Source: Escherichia phage T4_ev151. From it: a stretch of 64,000 nt of DNA. Positions 1 to 8,815 of this stretch are shown here, one piece after another. The stretch lies in the sequence record LR597660; one strand, 5' to 3'. Numbering within the stretch: the stretch's first letter is position 1; the number at the start of each line of letters is the position of its first letter. Below the pieces are notes generated by a model that saw only the letters and a list, made by a program, of their open reading frames with translations, searched no databases and had not been told where the DNA came from. Made by a program: the position numbers and the translations under genes.

Positions 1-425
1 ATAAGAGTAAAGAAATATTTCTTGCCCTGAAATTTTACCGTAGTATCAATATAAAATAAATTTGATTTTTGTAAATTACGTTTAAACCATGCATCACTTA
101 AACTATAAACGCCAAGATAATCATAATCGTCGTTTAAATAACAGACCGTCCATTCAGGAGAAACAAAATCAGTAAATTCAACATCAAAATCGCATGTTAA
201 TAAATGAATTGATTCAATACTGTTAATAAGTATTCCAGGACGTATTAAAGACTTTTTACCTCTAGAAAATCTTCCAGAAAGACTTTCATCAGTTTCATAT
301 GAAGAACCCCAATAATAATTACGTCCTTCTGCCATACGTTTAAGAGCATTTAATAATTGGTCTGGAACATCAACTTGTCTTTGGAATTCTTCAAACATTG
401 AATTGAAATCACTTTGCATTTTCAT
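1..425 (-). CDS. hypothetical protein, partial (C-terminus lies beyond window start); begins MKMQSDFNSMFEEF
   Basis: Open minus-strand frame running off the window edge; ATG at 425-423; not in the supplied ORF track because it is truncated. Confidence 0.4.
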   Translation of the reverse strand, partial: MKMQSDFNSMFEEFQRQVDVPDQLLNALKRMAEGRNYYWGSSYETDESLSGRFSRGKKSLIRPGILINSIESIHLLTCDFDVEFTDFVSPEWTVCYLNDDYDYLGVYSLSDAWFKRNLQKSNLFYIDTTVKFQGKKYFFTL

Positions 426-446
426 TCCTATTTACTCCAAGTAATA

Positions 447-460
447 GGGGCCGAAGCCCC
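447..460 (-). terminator. GC stem-loop GGGGC-UUCG-GCCCC on the minus-strand transcript, after the 467..1060 gene
   Basis: Perfect 5-bp GC stem with UUCG tetraloop read on the minus strand; no clear U-run, so may act as an RNA stability hairpin rather than a terminator. Confidence 0.45.
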
Positions 461-466
461 TTATCA

Positions 467-1060
467 TTATTTCAGAGAATTAATGTATTCCTGAACATCG
501 GCAGAGGTAGTTTCAACCCCAGAAATATTACCGTTAAAGGTTTCAACTCGAGCAAGGGTATCTTCAATATCAACCTTAGTCAGTGCTGCAATTTCAACTA
601 CATCATCGGCAGTACTAATTCCAAGGGCATTTGCTGCACGAGTTTCACGGATATATTCCAATTTAACCGCAAGTTCTTGACGAGCATCATCTAACTCAAC
701 TACTTTCTTGGCGATTTCAATTCGCATTTCAGCATAACCGTCAGCCTTAGTAGTCAACTGCTCAGCTGTTCGACGATATAGTAAACCGAGTTTAGCATGC
801 ATTGTTACATCTTGGCCTTCGGAAAGAAGTTTACGAATTTCACGCTCTTTTGATTCGGCCTGTCGATTCTTTTCGATAACAAGTTCACGAATACGTTTTT
901 CTTCGTTAATAGATTTAACAGAAGCAGTTTTTAGATCTTTAATTTTATCAAGTAGTTTTGCTGCTGCAGCAGTATACTGTTCTTCGACAGATAGATTTTT
1001 AGCCATAGCAGAACCAAGTTTAGTGCGAATAAACTCAACAATTTTCTTCAGTGTGTTCAT
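467..1060 (-). CDS. coiled-coil protein, possibly PspA/IM30-like
   Basis: 197-aa ORF with SD AAGGAA upstream of ATG; highly charged heptad-rich sequence loosely resembling PspA; no search possible. Confidence 0.6.
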   Translation of the reverse strand: MNTLKKIVEFIRTKLGSAMAKNLSVEEQYTAAAAKLLDKIKDLKTASVKSINEEKRIRELVIEKNRQAESKEREIRKLLSEGQDVTMHAKLGLLYRRTAEQLTTKADGYAEMRIEIAKKVVELDDARQELAVKLEYIRETRAANALGISTADDVVEIAALTKVDIEDTLARVETFNGNISGVETTSADVQEYINSLK

Positions 1061-1131
1061 AGTATTTCCTTAGGTTAATTGAGATTTAAAATCCGTAGGA
1101 GTATAATACTCTATCGTCAAATTATAGGCTC

Positions 1132-1161
1132 ATAATATCTCAATCATGAGCCTGCGTAAAC
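1132..1161 (-). promoter_or_regulatory. T4 early-type promoter (-35 GTTTACG, 17-bp spacer, -10 TATTAT)
   Basis: Minus-strand read AAGTTTACG-N17-TATTAT upstream of the 467..1060 gene. Confidence 0.5.
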
Positions 1162-1422
1162 TTATTTCATATTATTGAAATATTCTTCTGCGATTTCGTC
1201 GTTATCATGGTAAACTTTAGAAGACAGTTTAACATAACCTTCTGCTGTGAACATATTAATCACAACTTTTACAGTATACCACTGACCGTCTTCATTACCC
1301 ATTACTGCGTAAGTTTCAAACATCGGATGATCAGGACCGATAACTTTAATATCATTCACTGTACGACCGAAATCTTCTGAAACGCATTTCATAAAGAAGT
1401 TGAACAGTTCGCCGTAATTATC
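1162..1422 (-). CDS. hypothetical small protein (start trimmed to ATG at 1422, MDNYGELFNFF...)
   Basis: ORF-track N-terminus overlaps an early promoter; internal ATG preceded by GGAGAATGAA SD. Confidence 0.5.
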   Translation of the reverse strand, partial: DNYGELFNFFMKCVSEDFGRTVNDIKVIGPDHPMFETYAVMGNEDGQWYTVKVVINMFTAEGYVKLSSKVYHDNDEIAEEYFNNMK

Positions 1423-1468
1423 CATTTCATTCTCCAAGTTGTTTTCTGTATCAGTAGTTGATAGTTGT

Positions 1469-1498
1469 ATAGTACCATGGAAGAACAGAGATGTAAAC
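1469..1498 (-). promoter_or_regulatory. T4 early-type promoter (-35 GTTTACA, 17-bp spacer, -10 TACTAT)
   Basis: Minus-strand read CTGTTTACA-N17-TACTAT about 45 nt upstream of ATG at 1422. Confidence 0.5.
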
Positions 1499-1621
1499 AG
1501 TTTTGTGAAAAAATTTTTAGGGAATTCTAGGGCAGGGATGGGCAATTAAAGGATAGGATAATATATTATAAAGGGTATAAACTAAATGATGCCTAGAGAG
1601 GTCCAGAAAGGCCTAGATACC

Positions 1622-1647
1622 AAAAAGCCCTATCATTTAGATAGGGA
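1622..1647 (-). terminator. intrinsic terminator hairpin (CCCTATC/GATAGGG stem followed by U-run)
   Basis: 7-bp inverted repeat then UUUUU on the minus-strand transcript, directly after the stop of the 1655..2218 gene. Confidence 0.55.
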
Positions 1648-1654
1648 TTTAAAA

Positions 1655-2218
1655 TTATTTACCTAGTTTAGTTATTATAGCTTCTGCAGCAGCTTTTAGC
1701 TTAGATGCAGTGTTAATACGATTTTTAATTTCAGTATACGCATCGCCAAGAACATCAAGGCTATCAGAATAAACACTTACACTATTGCGTTCGCTATTTG
1801 AAATAGAACCTTTAGTTTTACGATCAAAATCGGTGTACACGTCTTGAAGATCGCGGGCTGCCTTCTTTGCATCATCCAATGCATCAAGAGCTTTATTCAA
1901 AGCATTAACGTATTTTTTGGTGTCGAACATATTCTTAGAAATTTTAACAGGTGCACGTTCAGGAGTAGCTAATACAGATTTAGGAACCTGAGCGCCAGAT
2001 GCCAATTTCTTAGAAATTTTGAAAAATGCTTTATTGAATTTATTTTCTTGACTCATTGTAAAAGAACTATTATCGATGTTGTACATTTCAATAGCTTTAG
2101 CTTTCCACTTAAGAAAATCGCCGCGGTCTTTTGGGTCCAAGTGGAAGAATACTTTAGTAAGATCTGCTTCAGATGGTAATTTTGCTGCTTCGGTTAAAAA
2201 TTCTGCATAGGTTTTCAT
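1655..2218 (-). CDS. internal (capsid-packaged) protein with N-terminal capsid-targeting sequence MKTYAEFLTE (IPIII-like)
   Basis: N-terminus matches the T4 internal-protein CTS consensus MK(T/S)Y(Q/A)EF(I/L)(A/T)E, which ends in the gp21 prohead-protease cleavage motif; SD AAGGAT upstream. Confidence 0.65.
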   Translation of the reverse strand: MKTYAEFLTEAAKLPSEADLTKVFFHLDPKDRGDFLKWKAKAIEMYNIDNSSFTMSQENKFNKAFFKISKKLASGAQVPKSVLATPERAPVKISKNMFDTKKYVNALNKALDALDDAKKAARDLQDVYTDFDRKTKGSISNSERNSVSVYSDSLDVLGDAYTEIKNRINTASKLKAAAEAIITKLGK

Positions 2219-2308
2219 TTAAAATCCTTGAAATAATCTATCGGTTGGTTATTAATTATTTATTACTTTGTTATTATCCGTAACAGCGTTATCCGAGTGA
2301 TTCAAACT

Positions 2309-2335
2309 AAAAAGCCCCAACCTTTCGGTCGGGGC
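2309..2335 (-). terminator. intrinsic terminator ending the tRNA/stable-RNA transcription unit
   Basis: 9-bp stem (one G-U) with GAAA loop followed by UUUUU on the minus-strand read GCCCCGACC-GAAA-GGTTGGGGC-UUUUU. Confidence 0.6.
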
Positions 2336-2336
2336 T

Positions 2337-2652
2337 AAGCCTTGCGGCAACCTTGTCGGGGTTCCACCTGCTAAGGCAAGTGTTTGTACGAAACGCCGGG
2401 ATTCGAACCCGGTTATCAAGCAGTTGACGCTACTCAATATTTTTAAAAGGCCATATCTCGACCATATCCGAACGTTCCGTCAAAAACGCTACTCGGCTTA
2501 CGGCAAAGATATTTCCTCGAATCGATAATTCGGTGCGCCGTTTCTGCTGTGATATAAGGGGGCATTAACAAAACATAAAGATTTATTAATGCCAGTCCTT
2601 AAACAGGGAACATCAGTCCGACGACTTGCCGGTAGCGACCCGGCTTCTTGTC
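2337..2652 (-). ncRNA. stable RNA region downstream of tRNA-Arg (T4 species 1/species 2 rnaC/rnaD-like), containing a tRNA-like T-arm
   Basis: No credible CDS; lies between tRNA-Arg and a strong terminator, as in T4 tRNA subcluster II; GGGTTCGAATCCCGG T-arm motif near 2396-2410 and several stem-loops; exact RNA ends not determined. Confidence 0.4.
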
Positions 2653-2729
2653 TGGTCGAGGCAGAAGGATTCTAACCTTCAACCTACGGATTAGAAATCC
2701 GTTGCTCTATACAATTGAGCTATGCCCCG
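2653..2729 (-). tRNA. tRNA-Arg (anticodon TCT), CCA encoded
   Basis: Manual cloverleaf: acceptor CGGGGCA/TGCCTCG, D-stem GCTC/GAGC, anticodon stem ACGGA/TCCGT with loop TTTCTAA, T-arm GAAGG-TTAGAAT-CCTTC. Confidence 0.85.
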
Positions 2730-2732
2730 TAA

Positions 2733-3398
2733 TTAAAATTTCATTTTTCGACCTTTAAACCATCCTTCTGGAATTGGGTCAGTTTTCTTAATACGTTTAG
2801 AAACTTTTTCATCTAATGAATGAATCCACATCATACCAAATTGGGAATTCTTTTCGCCCTGTTGATGTTTATTTCTGGCGTGAGATTCTTTCATTTTATT
2901 AATAGTTTCAGGAGTATGGGTCTTACCCAAGAAAGATTTAGTATTTAAAAATTTCTCTCTATACTTAGGATTATCCCAAAGCCGTTTAAACCTTTCTGAA
3001 CCCATTTTACGATATTTTTCTTTAAGGTCTGGGTCGTTCTCAAATCTGGTTTTAAAAGCGGCAGCTCCTTTTAAGGAAGCTTCTTTCTTTTTATCCAAAT
3101 ATTCTTTAGTGTTTAAATGGTCCCAACCACCTTCACCACCTAATTTCAAATTATAAACATCAGGGCGCTTTAAAAACTCTTCAGTCACAATATTCTTTTC
3201 TGACTCAAACATAGAGGTTTTATCGTCAAAGAACTCTAATATTTCTTTAGAAAAATTTTCTATACCATACTTATCTTGGGCTCTTTTTAATAATTTACCA
3301 GAACCCATATATCCATCATCTAAATTTTCGGTAGAATGAGCGCCTATATAGATTTTATTATTAATTTTATTTGTTATTTTATAAATGTAATGGAACAT
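2733..3398 (-). CDS. segB: GIY-YIG homing endonuclease SegB-like, within the tRNA cluster
   Basis: 221-aa ORF; N-terminal IYKITN...KIYIGAHST...[14 protein letters not shown] module; position between tRNA subclusters as T4 segB; SD AGGAGA upstream. Confidence 0.85.
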   Translation of the reverse strand: MFHYIYKITNKINNKIYIGAHSTENLDDGYMGSGKLLKRAQDKYGIENFSKEILEFFDDKTSMFESEKNIVTEEFLKRPDVYNLKLGGEGGWDHLNTKEYLDKKKEASLKGAAAFKTRFENDPDLKEKYRKMGSERFKRLWDNPKYREKFLNTKSFLGKTHTPETINKMKESHARNKHQQGEKNSQFGMMWIHSLDEKVSKRIKKTDPIPEGWFKGRKMKF

Positions 3399-3439
3399 AA
3401 ATATCTCCTATTTCTAAGAGTATTTATGTTCTCAAAATA

Positions 3440-3511
3440 TGGCCCTGGGTGGAATTGAACCACCATCTGGCGATTATGAGTCGCTTGCTTGAACCTTCCA
3501 GCTACAGGGCC
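3440..3511 (-). tRNA. tRNA with anticodon CAT (T4 tRNA-Ile-like, lysidine-type, or Met)
   Basis: Manual fold: acceptor GGCCCTG/CAGGGCC, anticodon loop CTCATAA, T-arm GGTGG-TTCAATT-CCACC; CCA not encoded. Confidence 0.75.
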
Positions 3512-3517
3512 TTGATA

Positions 3518-3590
3518 TGCTGATTGACGGAATCGAACCGCCGACATCCTCATTACAAGTGAGGTGCTCTACCTACTGAGCTAAATCAGC
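3518..3590 (-). tRNA. tRNA-Thr (anticodon TGT)
   Basis: Manual fold: acceptor GCTGATT/AATCAGC, D-stem GCTC/GAGC, anticodon stem CCTCA/TGAGG with loop CTTGTAA. Confidence 0.85.
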
Positions 3591-3597
3591 GAAATTA

Positions 3598-3684
3598 CGG
3601 AGGCGATAGGATTTGAACCTATGAGTCGCCGGAGCGACTGCCGGTTTTCAAGACCGGTGCATTAAACCACTCTGCCACGCCTCC
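3598..3684 (-). tRNA. tRNA-Ser (anticodon TGA), long variable arm
   Basis: Manual fold: acceptor GGAGGCG/CGCCTCC, anticodon stem CCGGT/ACCGG with loop CTTGAAA, long variable arm, T-arm ATAGG-TTCAAAT-CCTAT. Confidence 0.85.
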
Positions 3685-3686
3685 AG

Positions 3687-3760
3687 TCTCCGTGGCAGGA
3701 TTTGAACCTACGACATTCTGCTCCCAAAGCAGACGCTCTACCAAACTGAGCTACACGGAG
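3687..3760 (-). tRNA. tRNA-Pro (anticodon TGG)
   Basis: Manual fold: acceptor CTCCGTG/CACGGAG, D-stem GCTC/GAGC, anticodon stem TCTGC/GCAGA with loop TTTGGGA; CCA not encoded. Confidence 0.85.
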
Positions 3761-3772
3761 TAAATTAAATTT

Positions 3773-3844
<72 letters not shown>

Positions 3845-3850
3845 AAACTT

Positions 3851-3937
3851 TGGTACGAGAAGTGGGACTCGAACCCACAAGGAAATCATTCCGCAGCATT
3901 TTAAGTGCTGTGCCTTTACCAATTTGACCATTCTCGC
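3851..3937 (-). tRNA. tRNA-Leu (anticodon TAA), long variable arm, CCA encoded
   Basis: Manual fold: acceptor GCGAGAA/TTCTCGT, anticodon stem CAGCA/TGCTG with loop CTTAAAA, T-arm GTGGG-TTCGAGT-CCCAC. Confidence 0.85.
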
Positions 3938-3943
3938 GCTATA

Positions 3944-4576
3944 TTATTTATTACGTGAAAAAGACTGTTCTATCAATTCTGGACACTTTCGTTCTATCCA
4001 TTTTCTAGCTTTTTGTGGGCTTATACCTATTATTTTAGCAGCTTTACTAACCCATCCAAATTTAGAATAATCGATTTTAACTAATTCTTCGTAAATTTCA
4101 TCAGTTAAAATCTTTTCATTAATATTTACCAGTAAATGATATAATTTATTATCATTAGCAATTTTAATGAATCTTTTATAGTTTCCGCCTTTACTTAAAC
4201 CTAATGAAGTAATTGCAGATGATATAGTAGCCGAATTTAATAGTGCGTTTAAAATTTCTTCATCACTAACATTATAACGCTTTCTATTATTTTTAATATT
4301 TTTACCAGCAAAAGTATCAGTTTGCGAATGGCAATTTGGGCATAATAATCTTAAATTTGATTTAAGATGATTTTTGTTATTTCCATCAATATGGTCTAAT
4401 TGTAGAACAATATGCTTATTTTGCCATTTTGAAATTTTACAAATTGCACACTCATATGGAAAAATATTTTCTTTTATTATTTTGTCTTTCAGCTTTCCTG
4501 TACTAAAATTTGGATGTTTTCCTTCAAAAATTTCAGCTAATTTAGTATCCATAATATGATTCCCAATTATTAACAA
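3944..4576 (-). CDS. HNH homing endonuclease, abutting the 5-prime end of the tRNA cluster
   Basis: 210-aa ORF with HNH core LDHIDGNNKNH...NLRLLCPNCH and an upstream CxxC pair; stop codon 6 nt from tRNA-Leu. Confidence 0.8.
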   Translation of the reverse strand: MLIIGNHIMDTKLAEIFEGKHPNFSTGKLKDKIIKENIFPYECAICKISKWQNKHIVLQLDHIDGNNKNHLKSNLRLLCPNCHSQTDTFAGKNIKNNRKRYNVSDEEILNALLNSATISSAITSLGLSKGGNYKRFIKIANDNKLYHLLVNINEKILTDEIYEELVKIDYSKFGWVSKAAKIIGISPQKARKWIERKCPELIEQSFSRNK

Positions 4577-4662
4577 AGGCTCTCAAACAAGAACCCTTGA
4601 TGATAGAGGGTATTAATCAGTGCGGTATGAGTTAATAATAACAAATAATTCTTAAAGCATAT

Positions 4663-4950
4663 TTACCATTTATGATGATACATACTTACGATGCATTCAA
4701 GACCCAAAGAATTCTTGAAAATATCATATTCAAGAGGACCTTTTTCTGTTTCAATAAAGAAATCAAAATTTACTGTGTTAAATTTACGGTCTTCCTTCAC
4801 CAATTTAACTTGAGAAGATGAACGGTCAATATAAACCTTTTCAACTTCAAAATATGTTAAAATGCCATAATCATCAATCAAGGCTTTAGCTGCTTCTTGA
4901 TCATATTTATATCCATTTTCAATGGACGATACTTTAGCATAAAGAATCAT
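4663..4950 (-). CDS. hypothetical protein (ip-locus accessory ORF)
   Basis: 95-aa ORF in the gene-dense minus-strand early block, 2 nt after the stop of the upstream ORF. Confidence 0.5.
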   Translation of the reverse strand: MILYAKVSSIENGYKYDQEAAKALIDDYGILTYFEVEKVYIDRSSSQVKLVKEDRKFNTVNFDFFIETEKGPLEYDIFKNSLGLECIVSMYHHKW

Positions 4951-4952
4951 TA

Positions 4953-5336
4953 TCAGCCTTCATCAACAATAGTATGAGTGTGGGCATTTACAATTTGCCA
5001 CCAATCAAAGCGATTAGAACCATACATCGGTTTGTTTTCATTTTCTTTGATAATATCACGGAGTTCATCTTCAGTAGCGGCTTTCGCGATTAAATCAGCA
5101 TATCCACCACAAGGATAATAATTATCACCTGCAAAAAGTAAAAAATTTGGTGTAATATTATTGAACTCTTCAAGAGTAATAACTGTTCCTGATGGTAGTT
5201 GAACAATCTCTACATAGTTATATCCTAATTTTTGAGCAGCATCTACTGCTTCAAGCAGGGTATCATGAGCCCGTCCTATTTGGCAATTTGGCTTTTTAGA
5301 TGGATTAGCCTGATAATCCGCGTACACTTTATACAT
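4953..5336 (-). CDS. hypothetical protein (ip-locus accessory ORF; start trimmed to MYKVYADY)
   Basis: ATG at 5336 preceded by AGGTGA SD, 1 nt after the upstream stop; the longer track ORF starts with a non-ATG codon overlapping the upstream gene. Confidence 0.5.
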   Translation of the reverse strand: MYKVYADYQANPSKKPNCQIGRAHDTLLEAVDAAQKLGYNYVEIVQLPSGTVITLEEFNNITPNFLLFAGDNYYPCGGYADLIAKAATEDELRDIIKENENKPMYGSNRFDWWQIVNAHTHTIVDEG

Positions 5337-5337
5337 T

Positions 5338-5523
5338 CTATTCACCTTTAGAAATTTTATCCATAACAATAGCGATTAAACCAATTAAAAATGCTACTAC
5401 AAGTGAAAACACATTTTCTGCTGTAGTCAATAATCCACATATAAATCCAACAAACATTGAAAAACTAAAAGCGGAAGCAGAAATTGCAATAGCAACATTT
5501 CGAATTAATTCACAACGTTTCAT
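5338..5523 (-). CDS. small hydrophobic (probable membrane) protein
   Basis: 61-aa ORF, predominantly hydrophobic, with its own early promoter and GAGGAGAAT SD. Confidence 0.5.
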   Translation of the reverse strand: MKRCELIRNVAIAISASAFSFSMFVGFICGLLTTAENVFSLVVAFLIGLIAIVMDKISKGE

Positions 5524-5551
5524 TTTATTCTCCTCAGTAGTTGATAGGGTA

Positions 5552-5581
5552 ATAATATCACCACCCTATCTAAAAGTAAAC
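5552..5581 (-). promoter_or_regulatory. T4 early-type promoter (-35 GTTTACT, 17-bp spacer, -10 TATTAT), embedded in a GATAGGG/CCCTATC inverted repeat
   Basis: Minus-strand read AAGTTTACT-N17-TATTAT upstream of the 5338..5523 ORF. Confidence 0.5.
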
Positions 5582-5815
5582 TTATTTTTTACGAAAAATT
5601 GATTTATATTTATCAGCCCATTTCTCGATGACTTTTTCTGGTCCATAGATAACAAAATAATCACCAAACTCTTCACCACCGAGCTGACCGAAATTATCTA
5701 ATGCATCACGAAGAACTCCATGAGGCATTTCGCCCATTTTATCTTTCTTACCAATGTAAATAAACTCAACTTTTACATCAGCAGCTTCAGCAATAAATTC
5801 TTGATACGTTTTCAT
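5582..5815 (-). CDS. ipI: internal protein I-like (capsid-targeting sequence MKTYQEFIAE followed by a small mature domain)
   Basis: ATG at 5815 with GGAGAATAAA SD; N-terminal 10 residues match the T4 IP capsid-targeting sequence; position immediately downstream of 57B as in T4; track ORF is longer through a GTG start. Confidence 0.7.
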   Translation of the reverse strand: MKTYQEFIAEAADVKVEFIYIGKKDKMGEMPHGVLRDALDNFGQLGGEEFGDYFVIYGPEKVIEKWADKYKSIFRKK

Positions 5816-5851
5816 TTTATTCTCCAATTTCACATTTGTTTTGATAGGGTA

Positions 5852-5881
5852 ATAGTATCACTACTAAAACCCCGTGTAAAC
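5852..5881 (-). promoter_or_regulatory. T4 early-type promoter (-35 GTTTACA, 17-bp spacer, -10 TACTAT) upstream of ipI
   Basis: Minus-strand read AAAGTTGTTTACA-N17-TACTAT; shares the extended AAAGTTGTTTACA motif with the promoter at 63888..63917. Confidence 0.55.
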
Positions 5882-5893
5882 AACTTTGTGAAA

Positions 5894-6578
<685 letters not shown>

Positions 6579-6579
<1 letters not shown>

Positions 6580-7304
6580 TATAGTACCTTTAGTGTATTT
6601 TTAATTTTAGAAAAAAGTTCTTCAAGAGAACCATCGTTTGTAATTACTAAATCGCCATCACGAATTGGCAATCCAGCTTCTGTAATATGTGTATCATTGG
6701 ATTTTTGACCAGGACGAACTACATGAATTACTGTAGCACCCATCGCCCTAGCCGCATCCATTTCATGATCTTGACGAGTATCAGGAACGATATAATAATC
6801 ATAACCTGAGTTAAATTTATCAAGATAATCTAAAGCAAATAATTTTACCCAATACATGCGGTCGAAGTTATTAACAATCAAATCCGTACCTAGGGCTTGC
6901 ATCAGACGACGGACTGACCATTGATCTTCAATATTATTTATAACGTCAATAATCTTGTTAAATGCTACGGAATTAACTGATTCTTGTCCTTCGTCATCAA
7001 AAACAAACACATCCTTAATTGGGCTTTTACCATTAAGATAGCAAAATGCTTGTTCCATAATCGTGATTACTTCTGATTTAGTCAGATTTAAATTAGTCTC
7101 ACGATCATAGTCAATTCCTTCAAACTCTTTACGAGTTAAGCAAGGATAGTCAGTGTTTGCTGCAAATACTCCCCATGCATAAGCCAATGCATCCTTAATA
7201 GGACCAGCAAGTTGGTATTTAACTGCAGAATAATTGCTCATGATAAAATCAGCAGTAGTATCTTTTCCACTACGCTTTACACCGCTTAAAAAGATTAGTT
7301 TCAT
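6579..7304 (-). CDS. 1: gp1 deoxynucleoside monophosphate kinase
   Basis: P-loop LSGVKRSGKDT near the N-terminus; start trimmed to ATG at 7304 (SD GAGGAG), giving 241 aa as in T4 gp1. Confidence 0.9.
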
Positions 7305-7353
7305 GTGTTTCTCCTCAAATTTAATTAAGATTATAACACACAAAACTGAAGCA

Positions 7354-7884
7354 TTAAACTTCTGCTATAATTTTTCCATCTTTTTCTACTTGAAAATAGG
7401 TGTAAGGAATCGTTGCTGTACATACTAAAGCCGGATCTGAATCTTCTGTGTAGCTAAATTCTACTTCAGATAGGTCAGAAACCCAAGGCTTATAAAAATT
7501 TATTGACATCACGATTTCAGTTTTGCTATTATCTAAAATGTAAAGCGTAATGTACTCAGGACCTGTTTTTTGGGCAGTATTTTCACCTGTAAGATAGTTA
7601 CTAGTTCCTAGCATCCATTCATACATTCCTATCCATGATTTAAGTTCTTCATCAACTATAAATCTCACAATGAGTGGATCATACTCGAATGTAACACCTG
7701 GACGTTGTGCTCGGCCCAGTCCAAACGGCCCAGTCACGGTATCAGTAACAGGTATTCTAATTCCTGGAATAGGAACTGACTGAGCATTTAAAGTAAAAGC
7801 AGATGTAGTATTACTATGTGGTATTGATACTACAAAGTTAGTTGTATTTGCTTGGTTAAAAATTTGTTGCAGAGCTTGCGACAT
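7354..7884 (-). CDS. 3: gp3 tail tube terminator / sheath stabiliser
   Basis: Position between genes 1 and 2; start trimmed to ATG at 7884 (SD GAGGAA), giving 176 aa as in T4 gp3; the track ORF begins at a TTG. Confidence 0.8.
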   Translation of the reverse strand: MSQALQQIFNQANTTNFVVSIPHSNTTSAFTLNAQSVPIPGIRIPVTDTVTGPFGLGRAQRPGVTFEYDPLIVRFIVDEELKSWIGMYEWMLGTSNYLTGENTAQKTGPEYITLYILDNSKTEIVMSINFYKPWVSDLSEVEFSYTEDSDPALVCTATIPYTYFQVEKDGKIIAEV

Positions 7885-7990
7885 ATATTCCTCATAATGC
7901 TTTATAACTGTTAGTGGTATAATGGGTCTAAGTCCCTTCCATTCAATTCCATTTAGAACAAACAACAGAAAAGAATGGAAGATAATAGAA

Positions 7991-8815
7991 TTAGATATTT
8001 GACCAGACTTTGTTTGCAGAGAAACGTTTTCCTTTTGAGTAGAAGCTTTGGAGTGGCATCAACACAACGTTCGCCCAGTCTTTCGGGGCGATTTCAACAA
8101 GGCTACCCATAATATTACCAGGTATATATGCCTTAATCATTTGGTCTGCACCCCTAAATCCTTTCACTTGACTCCAATCAATTTTTAATTTCGTTTTATT
8201 AGTAATAGTAGGTGTATTTGCATATTGCTTTAAAAGCTCTTCTAGAAACTGTTGACGAGCTTTAGGTGGAATATAGTGCAAGTTTAATCCGTACATTAAA
8301 TTATGCTTACCTAAACCAAGGTAAATTATCAAAGGAAATTTATCCCAGTAAGGAAGAGTTTCCTTGTGTTTAGCATCATAAGCAAAAGCATATATTCGTC
8401 CCGGCTGCGGGCGAACAACTTTATGTCCTTTTACTTGCTTAATAGTTTCAGCAAACCACTTTCTGGTTTTATTATTAATTGCTGCACCTTCATTACGAAT
8501 TTTATCACGCAATGTTTGTCTGAATGAATTTATCATAAGCAGTTGTCTTTCTTGCTTATTGAGTTTATTCATTGGTTTTGATTCAAGCTTTTGAATCTTT
8601 TCAGCTGTTTTAATTCCTGAAGCATATTTTGACATTGCTGAAGTAAACGTAGAGTATTTGATTCCTCTTTCTTCAGCAAATTGCTTTCCTGTCATTCCTT
8701 TTGCTTTGGCCTTTTTATATTCAAGACCTATCTGAATCCATTTCTTTTCGTTTAATGATTGCTTAACCTTTGGAACTTGGGGAGTGCTTTCATTAATTAT
8801 TTGAAAAATAGCCAT
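7991..8815 (-). CDS. 2: gp2 DNA end-protector protein
   Basis: 274-aa ORF, length and synteny identical to T4 gp2. Confidence 0.8.
   Translation of the reverse strand: MAIFQIINESTPQVPKVKQSLNEKKWIQIGLEYKKAKAKGMTGKQFAEERGIKYSTFTSAMSKYASGIKTAEKIQKLESKPMNKLNKQERQLLMINSFRQTLRDKIRNEGAAINNKTRKWFAETIKQVKGHKVVRPQPGRIYAFAYDAKHKETLPYWDKFPLIIYLGLGKHNLMYGLNLHYIPPKARQQFLEELLKQYANTPTITNKTKLKIDWSQVKGFRGADQMIKAYIPGNIMGSLVEIAPKDWANVVLMPLQSFYSKGKRFSANKVWSNI

Noticed and set aside
1103-1120. Second apparent sigma70-like promoter (TTGACG with TATTAT) upstream of the 467..1060 gene
   Set aside because: The spacer between the candidate -35 and -10 is only 6 nt, so the geometry does not fit a promoter
2252-2437. 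61-aa minus-strand ORF from the six-frame track
   Set aside because: It overlaps the tRNA-operon terminator hairpin and the stable-RNA region with its T-arm motif, and has no SD; most likely non-coding
4374-4559. 61-aa plus-strand ORF
   Set aside because: Antisense to the HNH endonuclease gene in a minus-strand-only transcription block
4663-5336. Adjacent 95-aa and 127-aa ORFs as a possible toxin-antitoxin pair
   Set aside because: Only the size and adjacency are suggestive; I see no recognisable toxin or antitoxin motif, so this stays speculation
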